A DNA stretch of 64,000 nt from Sphingomonas sp. (GTDB taxonomy: Bacteria; Pseudomonadota; Alphaproteobacteria; Sphingomonadales; Sphingomonadaceae), in contig JANLSJ010000026.1 in the NCBI GenBank assembly GCA_031362355.1, positions 7,240-71,239 of the forward strand, written 5' to 3'. Below the pieces are notes generated by a model. It saw only the letters and a list, made by a program, of their open reading frames with translations, searched no databases and was not told the DNA's origin. Of this stretch, positions 62,796 to 64,000 are shown one piece after another. Positions within the stretch are counted from its first letter, which is position 1, and every line of letters starts with the position of its first letter. The position numbers and the translations under genes were made by a program.

Positions 62796-63568
62796 CAAGC
62801 GGCCTTGCTGAATAGCGTGCGGAAATTATCGGACGTGTAGCGTGCGAGGTCATCGACCGCCTCACCCCGCAGATCGGCCAGAAACCGCGCCGTATCAGCA
62901 ACAAACGCAGGCTCACACGGTCGCCCGCGATGCGGCACCGGGGCAAGGAACGGTGAATCTGTTTCGATCAACAGGCGATCCTGCGGCACAGTTGCAGCCG
63001 TGGCCTGCAAGTCCTTGGCATTCTTGAATGTTACAATGCCCGAAATCGAAATATAGAGCCCGAGATCAAGCGCGATCCGCGCAAAGGCATCGCTTGCCGT
63101 GAAGCAGTGGATCACGCCAGTATAGGCCCCCTTCCCCATTTCCTCGCTCAGGATCGCTGCCGTGTCGTCCTCCGCATCGCGGGTGTGGACGATCAACGGC
63201 AAACCAGTGTCGCGCGCGGCGGCGATATGGCTGCGGAAGCTCTTGCGCTGCTGCTCACGGTCGCTGTGGTCGTAATAATAATCCAGACCCGTCTCCCCAA
63301 TGGCGACAATGCGCGGATTAAGCGCGCGGTCGACAAGTTTAGCGGTATCCACGTCAGGATGTGCATCCGCCTCATGCGGGTGAATACCAACCGACGCCCA
63401 GACATCGGCATGACGCTCGGCCACGCCGACAACATCATCCCACTCACTCTCGCGCGTCGAAATATTGAGCATCGTCGAAACCCCCGCCACCCGCGCACGT
63501 TCGAGCACAGCGGCCTGATCTTCGACCAACCCCTTGTAATTGAGGTGACAATGGGAATCGATGAACAT
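62795..63568 (-). CDS. tatD: TatD family hydrolase
   Basis: DSHCHL, GIHPH, GETGLDY, HTRDA, HCF, ETDSP. Confidence 0.94.
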   Translation of the reverse strand: MFIDSHCHLNYKGLVEDQAAVLERARVAGVSTMLNISTRESEWDDVVGVAERHADVWASVGIHPHEADAHPDVDTAKLVDRALNPRIVAIGETGLDYYYDHSDREQQRKSFRSHIAAARDTGLPLIVHTRDAEDDTAAILSEEMGKGAYTGVIHCFTASDAFARIALDLGLYISISGIVTFKNAKDLQATAATVPQDRLLIETDSPFLAPVPHRGRPCEPAFVADTARFLADLRGEAVDDLARYTSDNFRTLFSKAA

Positions 63569-64000
63569 CAGGCGGGCTCGGTTGCTGGCAGTTCGAGGCG
63601 GGGGAAGATCGGCGTTGGTGGGTCGAGAACAACACCAGAGAGGCGACGATTTCGATACCAGTCACGATCCCAAGTCAGCGCCTCATTGCCATCGTAATCT
63701 GAAAGCGTATTAAATTGTCTGTTGCCTTTGTCCAAACCGAGATAATCAAGCACATATTCCGACATCGTTGGCAAAGCAGGCTGACCAGTGATTGCCAGCT
63801 CTCGGATCGCCCAGACGAGCAGGGCTAAAACATTTCCCATCCGTGCTGGATCAGAGGTTCTCAGCTTCCACGGAGCCATCTCATCAATAAATGCGTTGCA
63901 CTTGAATATAGCCATGTTCCAAAACTGAAGACCTTCCATCAGTTCCAAGTCGCAAAATGAATCTCGAAGGCAAGATAGATCTGAAACAACGCCGTCAACG
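63568..64000 (-). CDS. metG: Methionyl-tRNA synthetase, 3' end (gene begins beyond the window)
   Basis: CNAFIDEMAPWKL..SDPARM and PIFPRL motifs; frame open to edge; metG-tatD order; stop coupled to tatD ATG. Confidence 0.82.
   Translation of the reverse strand, partial: VDGVVSDLSCLRDSFCDLELMEGLQFWNMAIFKCNAFIDEMAPWKLRTSDPARMGNVLALLVWAIRELAITGQPALPTMSEYVLDYLGLDKGNRQFNTLSDYDGNEALTWDRDWYRNRRLSGVVLDPPTPIFPRLELPATEPA

Noticed and set aside
61426-63568. mazG, tatD and protease as an anti-phage island
   Set aside because: Housekeeping two-domain MazG and standard metG-tatD linkage, host-like composition
1-64000. CRISPR array, IS, integrase, prophage, tRNA or rRNA
   Set aside because: No regularly spaced direct repeats, transposase or phage motifs, or tRNA/rRNA signatures found by manual reading

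Overview
Gene-dense core chromosome of an alphaproteobacterium, very probably Sphingomonadaceae (tandem two-domain Hfq, gene order, roughly 60% GC by eye). About 68 CDSs, mostly housekeeping: argD/argF/hslO, queCE, lipB, hemF, petABC, apt, rplY-pth-ychF, ald, kup, lolE/lolD, dnaE, ETF-QO, ispE, ilvD, two cysteine desulfurases plus ferredoxin, ffs-dnaX-ybaB, mtgA-rpoH-rluD, ntrYX-hfq-hflX, mazG, tatD and the 3' end of metG. I saw no CRISPR array, transposase, integrase, prophage, tRNA or rRNA. The most useful signals absent from the ORF track are: a 28-bp XerCD dif site at 62174-62201 (probable replication terminus); a candidate ~160-nt structured sRNA with its own promoter and 3' hairpin between kup and lolE; a polyamine locus (ornithine-type decarboxylase, DHS-like synthase, two MAPEG paralogues) with a structured leader and an inserted palindromic repeat; a LexA box ahead of a PA0069-type radical SAM gene; a low-GC divergent patch inside metG; and a 53-aa membrane ORF. 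None is a proven new system. The sRNA, the polyamine locus and the metG patch are the best leads. Many start codons were adjusted by hand from the ORF track, and all calls come from motif recognition with no database search.
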